Positions 15,011 to 31,085 of a DNA stretch of 64,000 nt are shown here, piece by piece. The notes under the pieces were generated by a model. The model was not told where the DNA came from and made no database searches. It saw only the letters and a program-made list of their open reading frames with translations. The DNA comes from the human T2T-CHM13v2.0 reference genome, Homo sapiens. A program made the translations under genes and the position numbers. How positions within the stretch are numbered: the first letter of the stretch is position 1; each line of letters starts with the position of its first letter. Location: the NCBI RefSeq assembly GCF_009914755.1, contig NC_060946.1; one strand, written 5' to 3'.

Positions 15011-16329
15011 GCAACTAACTCTGTGAAAAGAGAAATAATCACCTCCCTATGGCCTGTTCACATCTGAGAATGTTTTTGAAAGGTGCAAAATGTCTTACAA
15101 ACACGTGTCTTCATGGTTTTAAGTTCAAAAGCAGGTTCCATCCTCCCAGTGCGCGTATCTGTCTATAGCACCTTCCAACCCACGCCTTAATGAGTGCACC
15201 ATGGTGCTGTAGATGGAAGTGAGACAGGCAGGAAATCTTTCCCTCCGGTGTTTCAGCTGTTTGAGGCTCTGACTCCCCACAGGTTCCCATGGTGGAGCGG
15301 ACATGACAAGTTAATTCTGCAGCAGTTCAGGCTGAAGCAAACCTGGCAGTCGTGTAATGAGAGGGTCTCTGGTTGCTGCCAGCAGGAAGGAGAAAGTCAG
15401 ATATGACAAATGGATTATCAGGGACAAAATATATTAGGTAGAAAAAGGAAGTGATAGCTCTTGGCTTCCCTGGAGAATTGTTCTGTCCACCTGGCATGGC
15501 TTGGTAGCATGGGGAAAAGTCGATCAACGAGGTATCAGGCAGGCTGGTGACTGTCATATACAGAATTCAGGATGGCATTTGAGGTTGACAGTCGCACAAA
15601 ATAAATATCAGAGACGGTTGCTCCTATTTAGTTTAGGATTTACAGAATCACACAATCGATGTGGGCTTTGGGATAACTGACACTGAAGCCTCAGTAGTTT
15701 TTGTTCACCCTGATCCTGATCCTTTAAAGCAGTCCCTCACCCCCAATTCCTGTGACCCACACAACCGATAAGCAGTAAGGTAGACTGAGAACGTGTTATT
15801 TCCTTTGGTAACAATGGTGTCTAGAGAAAGCAGTTCAGTTCAACAAAGATCACAGGTCAGAATAACCATCACTATGGAATCTGTTCTTCCTCCTGCCCTG
15901 CTCCAGTTGTCTTCCAATTTGCGCCCAAATTTTCACCCTGCTCCTTATCTTTAGGCTTATTAATTGACTTGGGTATGCCTGGGTTGGCTAGCAGTGCAAC
16001 AGTAAGGGCTTTGCTTTGGATTAGTCTGTTCAGCTGTTTTCTCTGTCAGCTGCTCTGATAAGACAACTTGATCTGGCTGTCACCCAGGTCACACCATTAC
16101 TCTTCTCAACTGGCAACTTGCTAGGTCTCCCCTTCCAGGCCTTCTTAAACCTTGTGCTTTTTCCTAGATTGTGCAAGAACAGATATGAAGTTAACTGATC
16201 TTACCCCAGTAACTTACCCCAGACTGTAGAGCAGGGATGATAATGGACCTGTATTGGGTGGGAAGTTGGGGGAGGGCACATGGCAGATTTGGAAGAACTT
16301 TCTCAGGATTAGGGTTTGGGTAATAATGC

Positions 16330-17480
<1,151 letters not shown>

Positions 17481-18849
17481 CCAGCATTCTAAATAGAGTG
17501 CAGAAAGGAGTAAGGCAAGAAGGGCTTCCTTGACTCTGGGCCCATGTTGATCTAAAGTGGGAGGAGAACAGTAGGGTAGGGATTCCTCAGTAAATCAGGA
17601 AGAAGCGCCCACATTTCAAGGAATGGAAAATCTGACTCAAACTGGCTTGCTGGCACACCAGCTAGGAACTCCCAAAGCACTGCAGGTTTCAGAGTTTCCT
17701 TCATTTAGGGGCTCACAATACATCTGTGGCTTCAACTCCAATCTACCCTGTCCTCCTGTGCTTTGCCCCCAGATCTCTTGGTTCTACCCTCCTTTGTGGT
17801 TTCCTTTGATCTCAGGCTGACTTCTTATGTTAATGATCTAGATGCTGACAGCTCCTGGGGCCACTTGGTTCCCCGTTCACATTCAGGAGCAGGGGCATGA
17901 CTTTCCATCCCCCTCCTCTGAATAAAAGTCTTGAAGCTCATTCTCTTTTGACAACTTAAGACCTGTGCCCCCAGGAGAGCACCATGTGCTGGCCTCTCAG
18001 GAAGGGCACTTTTCTGACCCAAGGACAAAGGAGTGAGGAATTGAGGCGACTACATTTGAGTTTGCAGCCCCTGGATTCTGTGATTTTCATGATTTCTTTC
18101 AGCTCCAGTGATGTAAATATCTACCCCCCACCAAAAAGAGTGAATCCATGCCAGATACACCTGCTCCCTAGCAATTTTGTCATCTCTCCAGCTCTAATTC
18201 CTAGGAAGTGACTATAATCCATCCACCCCCACTGGAGGCAGGTGGGAAGAGGAACAGAGACAACTGGCAAGGGGGAGGAAATGGGCTGGAGGCCATGAGT
18301 TGCTCTCTGTGTAGTCACTCACCCAGTCTTTGGAAGGTGCTCAGGTAGAAATGCAGTTGAGGTTTTATCCTGCTCAATTTCTTAGGGATTGTGGGAAAGA
18401 GTGGATAGGAAAAATAGAGCTTGTGGGCTATACTCAGAGCCACTGGCAAGCAGCAAGGACTCAGCATGAATGATTTGAGAGAGCACCTCAGCATATCAGA
18501 AAAACCATAATGTTCCAGCCACCTGCTCTCTCTGGCTATTGGACCAGCCTCAGATCACAGGGAAACCAAGCCCAGGAGTAGACCTCTGTTCCAGCAAGAG
18601 AAATGCGAGAAGCTAGAGCAGGACGTGATCTCAGGCTGCCATCTTTTCAAGGTTGGGGACGCTTATGTACTTTGTTCTGTCCTTCTGCTTCCTGCAGACC
18701 TCTTGGGTTTGAACTCATTGCCTGGCTTTGACCAGATGCTAACCTACATTATGTTTGCCATTTGGTCCACTTGATTCTGTTACTTAAGGACCATCTTTGA
18801 TTTCTGAATTCTAGTCCTTGGCCATTTTCATTACTTACGGCCACCCACA

Positions 18850-19085
18850 GGGTAATAATTGCAACAGGCACCATATACTGAGCGCTTGCTCTAAGCCTTG
18901 AGTTTTGCAGGCATTATTCTAAAAACACTCCAAGTTCGTTATTATTTTTATTTTGCCTATGAGAAGATGGAGGCCCAGAATAATTAAGTAATTTGCCCAA
19001 AGTTTCTCAGTTTGCTAAGTGGTTGTGTTAGGGTTCAAATTCATTTCTGACACCAGTGTCTTTTATCTTTCCACAACACTCCACT
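18850..19085 (-). mobile_element. MIR
   Basis: 'tactgagcgcttgct...gaggcccaga...taagtaatttgcccaa'. Confidence 0.7.
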
Positions 19086-19729
19086 ACAAGTGGTAGTAGA
19101 GAACCAGATTGGAAGATTAATTTCAGGTGGCAAGGGGTGGCTGCACAAGTGACCCCCAACTCTGTTCTTCAGGGTTTTACTTTCCTTGTGGGTCTCCTTC
19201 CAGCTTGTTCCTCCTGTGACACCAAGCCAAGCCTCCTAAAGCCACAGCCACCTTTTAAATAGTTGGCTCCAAGCTTGACAAAATTTTCTTTACTTCTGTG
19301 CCTTTCACACAACTGAGACAGGCTTATATTTTTGGAAAGATTTTTACTAAACACTAAGGGAAACTGAAAGGAAATAATTGCAGCAAATATAGGCAGTATA
19401 AAAATAGCCAACTTTCCAAATACACATTTCTGGCTCTAGGAATCACAGTAGAAACAGCAGAAAGCTTTTCTGTTGCCCAAACCTGATGCTAAGGAAGTCC
19501 CCCGACCAAAACACTGCTGCAAGATTTGTTTTAATGGAGCTCAGCCATATCTACACTTCTTGTTTGGGCTGGGAGTCAAGAATCTGACCCAGGGGGGATG
19601 CATGAGCAGAGAGGTGGGGGCGTGGCTGCAGGATCCATGTCTCCTGGCCCAGACTCACTTGGGCTGTGGCCTTCATTACCACCCCATGCTGATGCTGCCC
19701 AAATATTGGTCTCTAGTCCAGGCTTCCCT

Positions 19730-21015
19730 CCCGAAACCTACTGGGTGTCTCCACTTGGACATTCCATAGATAACTGAGCTCCTCTGTATTTGAGCCCATC
19801 ATCTGTCTTCCCTCCAGTAAATGGCACCACCCTCCACCCAGTTACACAAGACCAATACCAGGAGGAAAGTCATTCCTGACACTTCCCCTAAGTCCAGTTA
19901 GCCATTCAATTCTAGCAGTTCCCCCCCCCCGCCCCCCCGCTCTCCCCACCAAATCTCTTCATTTCTCCCCATCTCTTCCACTTCTACCTATATTCAGGTC
20001 ACCTTTATCTCTGATCTGGACTGTTCTCTTTTAGCCTCCTAACTAGTTTGACTACCTTCAGTTTTATCTCCTTTAATCTATTCCCCATGCCAGGGGTAAA
20101 GCTTTTTAAACACAAGTCTGATCATGTAGTTCTTTCTGCTTAAAGTCCTCTGGACATTCTCCATTTCTCTCAGAAGAAAATACCAAACATAGACTAATGC
20201 TGCTCATTCCTCTAGGCTTGTGTCTCAGGACCCCCGTCCTTCTGTATTAGTCTGTTCTCACACTGCTAATAAAGACATACCCAAGACTGGGTAATTTATA
20301 AAGAAAAGAGGTTTAATTGACTCACAGTTCTACAGGGCTGGGAAGGCTTCAGGAAACTTTCAATTATGGCAGAAAGGAAAGTAAACATGTCCTTCCTCAC
20401 ATGGCAGCAGCAAGCAGAAGTACCCAGCAAAAAGGGGAAAAGCACCTTATAAAACCGTCAGGAGAACTCACTATCATGAGAGCAGCATAGAGGTAACTGC
20501 CCCCATGATTCAATTACCTCCCACCAAGTCCCTCCCACGACTCATGGGGATTATGGGAACGGCAATTCAAGATGAGATTTAGGTGGGGACACAGCCAAAT
20601 TATATCACCTTCCTGTACTTGGAAGCTTGCACTTGTCCCTGCTCTCATCCTTCTAAATAATGTTCATCTTCTCTACTGAGCTGCTCTGACATCTGGGCCT
20701 TTTACCATGCTCTTCCCTTTAAATGAAATACACCTGTGCTAAGCCATCTTGCCTGTTTTCACCAACTAGGTCTTAGAAGTACCTTGCTCCAAAATGTTTT
20801 CTGTATCCCATAAAATTGGGGTTAAGTGCCTAACTTAAAACGTATTACTTTCAACACTGTTTAGGTTGTATGGATTTCTGCCCAACAGCAGGGGCTCATT
20901 AGGAAAGTAACCATGTCAGCTGATTCACTATTAGAGCACTATTTATCATCACAGTGACTGACATTGAGTAGGTAGCATAGCACTTAATAAATATCTGATA
21001 AATGGATGAATAGAT
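19730..21015 (+). mobile_element. L2 3' region, split by THE1C
   Basis: 'agtaaatggcaccaccctccacccagtt', 'aagtctgatcatgt'; tail 'ttaataaatatctgataaatggatgaat'. Confidence 0.7.
20243..20607 (-). mobile_element. THE1C-like solo LTR
   Basis: tgtattagtctgttctcac...tatatca; perfect TSD CCTTC at 20238-42 and 20608-12. Confidence 0.92.
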
Positions 21016-22111
21016 AATATGTGCATAAAAATGGGGTCACCATAGCCTTGGAGGAGAATGACTTAATCAAGATTGGCATAAGAAACAAAATACCGGTGCA
21101 TTTGACAAACATTTCCAGAATATCTCCTCTGTCTCAGGCTATGTACTGGGAAATCTGGACCTGGGAGACAAGAGCCAGGACCTTCGTAATCAGCAGGACC
21201 CTGTCCCTGACCATGTGGCTCCTGTTGGAAGCCTCACTACCTTGAATCCCACCCTTTAGCAAGCCTAACTATGCACTGTGAATGAACAGGTTCCTGGGGG
21301 CCTCGTCTGATCCAGTTAGCAGCAGAATTAAGCTTTAAGAGAAAAATTAGTCCTTTTATTTTTCTCTTCTCTCCTTTTCTTTCATTTTTCTTTTCTTTGA
21401 TCTCTTCTCCTTTCTTCTTTAAATAAAACCCATGCTGTTTCTGTGTTCACCCCCACTCTCATTTTTCTTTCTTAATTCATTTGGGATGCCCCAGATCTTA
21501 CTTTTACTGTGTTTTATTTAAGGAAGCATTGGTGGGATCAGGGATAATGTATTTCCAAAGGGGGGTGTTAGTCTTTTAATCAATTACCCAGGATCCTCTC
21601 TCACTGACATACCCCACGTGGAGCATCCAGCAGAGGAGACAGTGGGTGAGCCAGGACACTGAAGAGTTGGGAAGGAATTAGTGTTAATTCCTACCAGACA
21701 CCTCCCTGTGATGTTTCTCAGTCAATAAGAGATTAGATAGGTGAGAAGGTTTAAACATAGCCATGCCTCTTCTCATCACCTGCTAATCCATTCCCACACT
21801 AGGCCCTGGGGCAGAGGCCCTAGAAATGTATCTGCTGATGCACACAGAGCCCTCCAAAGGCCTTCTTTCCTTCTCCCGGACTTCCAGGAAAGCCGTGAGC
21901 AGCAAAGTCTTCTGGTGTTGTTTCCTGGCAAATGGATCCCTGGGAAATGTGGAAAGATCAGAAGCTGCTGCATGGTGTTACGGGGTTGGTGGGAGTGCAA
22001 GGTAAGAAAAGAGTGGGTGTATAGGATAAGATGAAGAGAGAGAGAAGGTAAGAAAGCCAGGGAGGTTCTTATCAGCATCTTATCACTACTCTGGTCTGCA
22101 GCCTCAGTGAC

Positions 22112-22625
22112 TGTGGAAGACAGACTCTTGACTCCTGCCTCTGGGGCTTTTGGGGTTCATGTCCTTCTAGTATTCCCTCTCCTTCACTATGAATGGGACT
22201 TATCACTTGCTTCTAACCAATAAGTATATCAAAGGTGAACGGACTTCACTCCTGTGATACGTTATGTTGCATAAGGGCATGTTCCACTGGTGTACTCACA
22301 CGAGACTGACTTTCTCAATCTTCCCTGCTGTTCTTTCTCTGTGGCTGGCTTTGAAGAAGCAAGTCCACAAATCCTGCGACTACAAGGAATTGAGTGTTGT
22401 CTGACAACCACATGAGGTTGAAAGGAGACCTCGTACAAGAACCCAGCTCTGACCGACAACTTGATAGCCACCTTTTGAGACTCTGATCAGAGGACCCTAA
22501 GTCATGCCTAGACTCCTGATGCACAGAAACTGTGAGATAATAATAAGTGGGTTGTTCTAAGCCACTAAGTGTGTCATAATTTGTTCTGTAGTGATAGAAA
22601 CCAACAATGATAGAAAACTAATACT
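22112..22625 (+). mobile_element. MLT1E/F-family solo LTR
   Basis: 'cacttgcttctaaccaata', 'acagaaactgtgagataata', end 'gaaaactaatac'. Confidence 0.75.
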
Positions 22626-23254
22626 GTGGTCCCTTTTGCTTCCTGCTTTGAGCACTAGGGCATGAATGCTTCTATCTCCTTCCATTATCAAGGTGGTCTC
22701 TCCAGTAAAGGACACTAAACCTGTTCACATTGACATGTACTTGACCGACTACAGTTCAGGTTGCTACTCTCCCAACAGAGGCACCTGTACACCAGGGAGC
22801 CTTCACAGCTGCAGCTCCTTGCAAGACAGTTGATGGGTCTCTTCCTGCTATTCAGTTTAGATAACTTACTGTTTCTTGAATTATATTCCTCTTTTTAGGG
22901 AGTGGATTATGGTGGCACTTCTAATTTTTCTGTCTTTTTTTCTTTTTCTTTTAAACTATTCTTTGCTTGACAGGCTTTCAAGGTCTGCTATTTCGGCTCC
23001 ATTAGGGGAAGAATTACTTTCATTATCAACTTCAAAACCCCTTTCTCAAAGCACATCCCATTTAGGGCAGCGTGGCTTGCTCCAGGCTAGAGGCTTCCAA
23101 CTCGCTACATACATTCCTAGTTAAAAGGCAGCACCAGGGCCACAGAGCCTCCTGGTAGATCCAAGCAGTATTCTGAGAAGAAGTAGGGATGAGCGTTGGT
23201 TGGGTGTCTGAGTGAGAACAGCTTTTACTTTTTCCACTTAATTTCTAGCAGCAT

Positions 23255-23445
23255 GAGCTTCAGACAGATAGAATCAGAACTAAATTTTACTGTCAGTGAA
23301 CTATTCGCAGGTTGTGAGCAAGTTATTTAACCTCTTTAGCCTGTTTTCCTTTTTAACAGGATTCTTGTGTAAATTGAATATGGTAATGTAGTAAAATTTC
23401 TCAGCACAGTGCCTAGCCCCTAGCTGTCATCCAATAAATGTTAAT
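23255..23445 (+). mobile_element. MIR
   Basis: 'gcaagttatttaacctct...ctcagcacagtgcct...aataaatgtta'. Confidence 0.75.
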
Positions 23446-23754
23446 TTTTCCTCCTTTGTCTGTACAGAGGAGGGATGTGATTGAGAGGAAGGACAAAATG
23501 AAATTTCTCAGGGATGAAATGCTAAATCTCATGGCACTGTGGTTTCCTCCTTCTTCACTCTCTTTACCCCTGGTTTCCTCTCCTTTTTCCTCTTTCTCCC
23601 TCCCAATAAATGCAAAGTGCTTAGAGAACAGTGCCTGGTCGTAAATGCTATTTGTTGCCGTTGTTATTTTTACTGTAGTAGTCATCATCGTTGTCATGGC
23701 CATCATCAGTGTAATCATCTCCTTCCTTGCAGCTTATTCTCCTTTCTCCAGTAG

Positions 23755-24637
<883 letters not shown>

Positions 24638-25260
24638 TGGACACTGACTCCTACCTGTTATGGCCATGGGGAGAGAAATTACAAAGAATTTTGAATCAGA
24701 GCCTTTAAGGTTAACTACTTTCCAATGGCTTTCCAAGTTAGAACATCAGCAATGAAAACTGAAACCACTTCCAAACTCACCTTCTCAAGTTTACAGAAGG
24801 AGAAAGTGGAGTATATACCTCTCCCTTTTCCTTCTCTCTAAATTACTTTTGGATGTACATTGAGATCCCTGTAGCTGGTTGCTTAATCTACTTATCTCAG
24901 CATTGCTCTTCAGATGCCAAGAATCATTTAATTCATTCTTGAATTTTACATGATCTTTTATACTTTTCCTTCTCTTTCCCTATCTCAACATCTACCTCAT
25001 CCTGTTCATCATTATCAAAATAATCTTCAAGGAAGGTTCTTCAACATCCAATAAGCTAGCTCCTGTAATGACTTCTGAAAAGCTAATATTTACTGAATAT
25101 TCTACTCCATGATTTAGGTAATATTTTTCCAATGAGAAAATCGTACTGTGGAAAAACTTTATCATCTGCCCATGATTACTGAGGTCGTAAGTAAAGGAAA
25201 TTGGATTCTAAACCAATTCTGCCTGATTCCGAAACTCAGATATTTAATTATTATTCTACC

Positions 25261-25329
25261 ATCCATCCACTTACCCATTTATCCATCCATCCATCCATCC
25301 ATCCATCCATCCATCCATCCATCCATCCA
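25261..25329. repeat. (TCCA)n microsatellite between a MIR and an L2 tail
   Basis: Direct reading. Confidence 0.9.
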
Positions 25330-25816
25330 ATAGAGAGTTCTATACATGCCAAGCACTGTGACACCCATGATAACTGAGAATCAGAAGGCCTAACCTATAT
25401 TCCCTGAAACGTCACAGAGATAGTTACATCCAGAGCCAGCCCTGGCAGAATGGGGACTAAGATTGGGATGGGGTGATGAGTGAGTGGTGGTAGAGGGCTG
25501 AGAAGACAGTAAATGGAGAGGAAGGCCATAGGTGTTGCTGGTCCCCTCTTTGTGCTCTCCGGAGATCTTCATCAGCAGCCTTCATAGGTCTCTTAGAAGA
25601 CTGGAACTGAGAACATGCTCTATTTGATGTGGGACCAATGTTTTCTCACCTTTGGTCTCTCTCCCTCATGCTCTTTTGTTACAGTAACAGCAACAACAAC
25701 AGTAAAATTAATAATCATGAACGGACTGTATAACTGCAAGCAAAAGGACTCTAAGAGGCTGCAGATGTAGGGTAAGGTATTCCAGCTTCCCACAAAGCTC
25801 ATGTCTTTTTCCAAAC

Positions 25817-26103
25817 TCAGTGGCTCATGCCTATAATGCTAGCAGTTTGGGAGGCTGAGGCAAGTGGATTGCTTGAGTCCAAGGGTTCAAGACCAACCTG
25901 GGCAACATAGAATTTGTCTCCACAAAACATAAAAAATAAACTTTTCTCTGGGCATGGTGGTACATGCTTGTGGTCTTAGCTACACTGGAGGCTGAGGTAG
26001 GAGGATCACTTGAGCCCAGGAGATCAAGGCTGTAGTGAGCAGTGATTGTGCCACTGAGCTTTAGCCTGGGTGACAGAGCAGGCCCCTGTCTCCAAAGAAA
26101 ATA
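25817..26103 (+). mobile_element. AluJ
   Basis: 'ttgcttgagtcc', 'gaggatcacttgagcccagg', 'aaggctgtagtgagc' J diagnostics. Confidence 0.92.
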
Positions 26104-26369
26104 CCTCCCCAAAACTGTCTTTTGATGACCAATTTTCTCATTGTCCCCAGTCCTCCATCTCAAGGGGTGTCTCCTTCTCTGTCTGGTTGGTTTTTACTGC
26201 CTTTGAGTGTGGAAGAAGTTTTTGGTCTATATCAGGCTCTCAGGATTGATCTTCTGAATATATCTTTCTTTCTTATTCTCTCCTTTTTTCTTCTCTCTCT
26301 CTTTTTTTTCCTGTTTCTCTCATGGTTTCTGTGTCTCTCTGTCTCTGTCTCTATCTGTTATAATGGCTT

Positions 26370-26800
26370 AAAATAACAGAGACTCTGACTCAAACTGGTA
26401 CAAACAATAAGAAAATTTATTTCAGGCAAAGAAAAGTTCACATATAGGAAGCTTCCAGGGTTAGTTGATTCATTAAGTCAACCATATGATCTAGGACCCA
26501 GGTTCTTCTGTGCTCTTCTATTTTCAGGATCTTTTGACTGATTTGGACTGATTAAAAATAGCCACTCAGGAGAAAAACAGGGCTAGAGCCTGTGCTGCCA
26601 TTTTCTTCTCCACCTCCTGCTCCTGCCTCTGTCCCTGCCTTCCTCCTCTTCCTCCTCTTTCTTCTCTTTCTTCGAAAACAGAAAGTTTGTCCAGAAGCAC
26701 CACAATATTCCTCTCTTATACCATTGGCTAGAATCAGACCTAATGTTCATACCCTAGTGGATCTCTGTCACGGGGGGATAGAATTATCACGATTGGCCTA
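26370..26800 (-). mobile_element. Old MLT1 (J/K/L-like) LTR
   Basis: 'gactcaaactgg...aatttatt', 'ggacccaggttc', 'cattggctagaa'. Confidence 0.5.
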
Positions 26801-26835
26801 TGCTGTGTGGTGTAAAGGATGATGTGGTGTCCACT

Positions 26836-27085
26836 GTTGAGAACCATGAAGTATCTGAGATTTCACCTTACTGCTATAGTTTCCCAGATTCTGGCAGGTG
26901 ACATGAGCCTCCTGAATCAGAGACAAAGCGACCCAATTGCTCCCAGTACAGCGGGCAGCCTGAGCTGCAGGTCTGCATTAGCTACCCCTGCCTCCACAGT
27001 TGCACAGGGGCAGCATGGAGGGGTCACAGATTAGGAACTGCAAGCTTGAGGAACTCAAATCTTTTATAACATGTGCAAGAAAATC
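26836..27085 (-). mobile_element. ERVL-class LTR fragment (MER70/LTR47-like)
   Basis: 'tgttgagaaccatga...tctgagatttc...tcagagacaaag' resembles a recalled consensus end. Confidence 0.45.
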
Positions 27086-27089
27086 TTCT

Positions 27090-28245
27090 GTGAGACAGCG
27101 TAAAACAATCTAAATGATGTATGTGTAGAATTTCAGAAGGAGGGAAACTAGAAAAGCGTTTGAAGGAGTCATGGTTAAAAATTTTTCACATTTGATGAGA
27201 ATGATACAGAATCAAAAAACTCAATGAATCATGAGTAGTGAGTAGAGAAATTTGAAGAAAATCATGTAAATACACATCAGAGTTAAATATCTGAAAAAAC
27301 TGATCTGAAGATAAAGACAAAATGAAAGCAGCTGGGGAGGGGACACATCGCATACAGGGGAACAAATTTAACAATCCCAGCAGACTTCTTCTCAAAGTGT
27401 ATGCAGACTAGAGGACATTGAGGTGATATACTTAAAGGATTGAACAGAAAATATGGTTTCTACAGTGAAAATATTTTTCAAAAATTAAAAAGAAAACTGT
27501 TTGGAAAAGTACAAGCTGGGACAATTTACAAAAAGTTGCATTACAGGAAACTTTAGGCTCTTTAGGCATAAGAAAAATGATATCAGATAGGATTTGCAGT
27601 CTACAAAAAGGAATAAATACCACCAGAAGTGGTGACTATTGGAATAAATGTGAAATACTTTTTTCCTCATTTTTGTAATCACTTTAAAACTTAATTGACT
27701 GTTTCAAGCAAAGATGTTTACAACATATTATGGGGTTTATCACATTAGAAGAAAATTATAAAACAATACTAGGACAAGGGATGCGAAGAGGGAAAAGAAA
27801 TTGCAATGATATATAATGCTTATGCTATTCATGAAGTTGTATAATGTCGTTTGAAGGAAGACTGTGATTAAAGTTGTATATTGTAAACTTGAGAGCCACA
27901 GCTAAACAGAAACAAAACAAAAACAAAAGTATAGTGATTAAGCCAATATTGGAAACAAAATGAAATACTAAAGTATACTTAATTAATTCAAAATAAGGTA
28001 GTAAAAGAGGAAAAAATAATAAGATAGAATAAAAAGAAAACAAATATTCAATATAGTGGTTTAAATCCCAACCACATTGATAATTACATTGTATCAAAAT
28101 GTTATAACACTCCAGAGATGGTCAGATTGGATGAAAAAGCAAGACCTGACTCTGTTTTTTGTAATAAATCCCTTAGATATAAAGACGCAGATAAGCCAAA
28201 AGTAAAAGGATAGAATACATACTATCGGAACACTTATCGAAGTAC
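27090..28245 (+). mobile_element. Old L1 fragment (ORF1 3' half, inter-ORF, ORF2 start)
   Basis: A-rich; 'cagcagacttcttctcaaa', 'taattacattg...cagattggatgaaaaagcaagacc'. Confidence 0.75.
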
Positions 28246-28482
28246 CAGAGTGTTCTTTATCCTTTAGTTACATGCGATATCTCAGTGAATATTTAAACCA
28301 ATTTATAATAAACAAGTCATTTTAAAGATGAAGAAACTTCAAAGTCAATGCTCTTATCTACTAGATAAGACTGCAGATTCTTGGAAGGTAGAAATAATAT
28401 TTTACTTTTGTTTATATCTATTGCATTTGTATATCTACAGCATGAGGTCTGACTCATGATACATGGGTGATAATTACATTTA

Positions 28483-28952
<470 letters not shown>

Positions 28953-30094
28953 TCAGTGACCAAGATGGGAATTTGAGTGCTTTGGTGCAGGAAGCAGGGC
29001 TGAAGTTGGTTTCTGGAACGAAGCAGGGGGCTCCTCTGAGGCCTAGGGTGAGCATTGGGCTAGACAGTGAATAAAACCTAGTAAAGCCTTAACATAAATC
29101 CTCTTCCTTTCAAGTCTTCCCCCTCATTGGCTCTGAGTACAAACAGAATACTCCACCTCCTACAATTCCCTATAGGATATCCTGTCTAAAAGCAGTGTCT
29201 GGTCAGTTGAAAATAATATCTTAGTGAGTTATTATATATTGAAGTCCTGCCAAAGAAGTATGTCATTACATCTATCTTGCAATTTTAGAGCATAAGGACA
29301 ATGTGCTTGAGTTGTTAGCATGATCAGCTCATCAGTCATTCACAGTGCATTCAATAGACCAGTAGCGCTGCGCTTATCACGGTGTATTGCATTTATTTGT
29401 TTTAAAATTTCATTCTTATGATTCTTTGGACGTAAGTTATAAATATCCTCTGGGGTCTGCTAAAGCAAAAAAAAAAGATACAGGGATTGGGGGATTTCAT
29501 TATAAAAATACATAAGTATCTCATGTAAGCTACCCAAGAAGAAGAAAACAGCTGGGCCTTAGGACAGAATTGGAGCCAGAATCTGGAAAGACATGAGGAC
29601 AATCTCCCTAGCTCATATGTTAGTTTTCTTTGAAGAATTCCTCCCTATTCTACTGAAGGCTATTTTTTTCTTTCTACTCATTACACATTCGAAGTTGTTG
29701 ATGTCCGTCCAATAGAATCTTCAGTTAACATTTTCTACAATAATAGATCAGGTGTAACCAGAATATCTTTAACCAAATTTGAAATCTCTGGAAGAAATAC
29801 TCAAATTAACTCATCTTGATTCAATATAAAGTCATTTAGCAGAATCAAAAGTGTCACTCTCTTGGGCGACAGAAGTAGTTAAGGTATCATTTTTTAACTT
29901 GAATAAATATTCCAAAAGGTATAAGCTTCCTGAGAGCAGGAATTCTCATTCAGCGTCATGTATCTTGGCGTACTGCCTGGCACACAGTAAGTAGTTGGAT
30001 TTTAACTTAAATCTGATTCCAAAACCCTGAAGTACCTTCTGCCTGAATTACTCTTTTTTTTTTTAATCTGTGCATAACTGCTTTATTTCCCCTC

Positions 30095-30600
30095 TGTAGC
30101 AGTCAGTGTAGCTAAGTTACACTGCGCTAACAACTGAATCCCCAGATTTTCATGGCTTAGAACAGCAATTCTTACAGCAGCAACAGTATCACCTGGGGAC
30201 CTGTCAGAAATGCAGGGTCTTGGTCTCCACCCCAGACTTACTGATGAGAAACTCTAAGGATGGGGCCCATCAATCTGCTTTACCAAGCCTTCTGGGTGTT
30301 TCTGATATGCACTAATTTCATCACCTCGGATGATAAAGGTGTATTTCTCATTCACCTTTCAAGAGCACTATGTGGCGGTCTACATTATCCTTACTTTACC
30401 AGCATATGGAGCAGTCCCTAATTAGGACAGAAAATAAAGACATGGCAAACCCAGGGCTAGTTCTTAAAACTTGGCTGAGAAGTTACATCGTCATTTCTGC
30501 TCATATTCAATTGTCTTCAGCAAATCTAATGTGAATGGGACAGAAACAGAATTCTGTCACACAGAGAAGATATACATAGGAGGGAAATTGGACTATTAGT
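30095..30600 (-). mobile_element. Old MLT1 LTR interrupted by MER5A (hAT-Charlie MITE, ~30165-30325)
   Basis: MER5A 'atcacctgggga...agaaatgcag...ccccagacttactga'; MLT1 flanks 'tggcttagaaca' and 'aaaggtgtatttctc'. Confidence 0.65.
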
Positions 30601-30809
30601 TTTATTTTATCTCTCTTTACATTTATGAATGACAGAAATGCTTTGACAAACATTTTTAAAGGTCATGAAATCGTATTTTTTTCCAGGGTTAAGACTGCTT
30701 TCTTCAGCGTGTGTGGTCATGGCCCTGCACTGCTGTGTATAATGAGGACGGCCTGTATTCAGAATAGGAATAAGACCTACCCCGTAATTTCTCCTGTCTC
30801 TGTTCAAAC

Positions 30810-31085
30810 CTGCCTTCTTAGAAAAGTTTTCCCACAACTGCCTTATTTAATAGAGTTCTGTACTCATGCCCTGCCACCCTCTCACATTACCCTATTTCAT
30901 TTTCCTCACAGCACTCACATCTAGCTGAAGCTATTTTATTAGTTTAATTGTTCTGAAATTTATTACCACATAAGCTCCATCAAAATAGATATTTTGTCTA
31001 ACTTTTTCATGGTTTTATCCCCAGAGCTTAGAAGAGTGTCTCACACAAAAATGTTCACTAAACATTTTTGGATATGAATTTGTTG
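30810..31085 (+). mobile_element. L2a 3' end
   Basis: 'atccccagagcttagaagagtgtc...aaacattttt'. Confidence 0.65.

Noticed and set aside
23128-23151. RE1/REST-like 'cagcacc...acagagcc'
   Set aside because: Right half lacks the essential GG of GGACAG and the spacing is non-canonical
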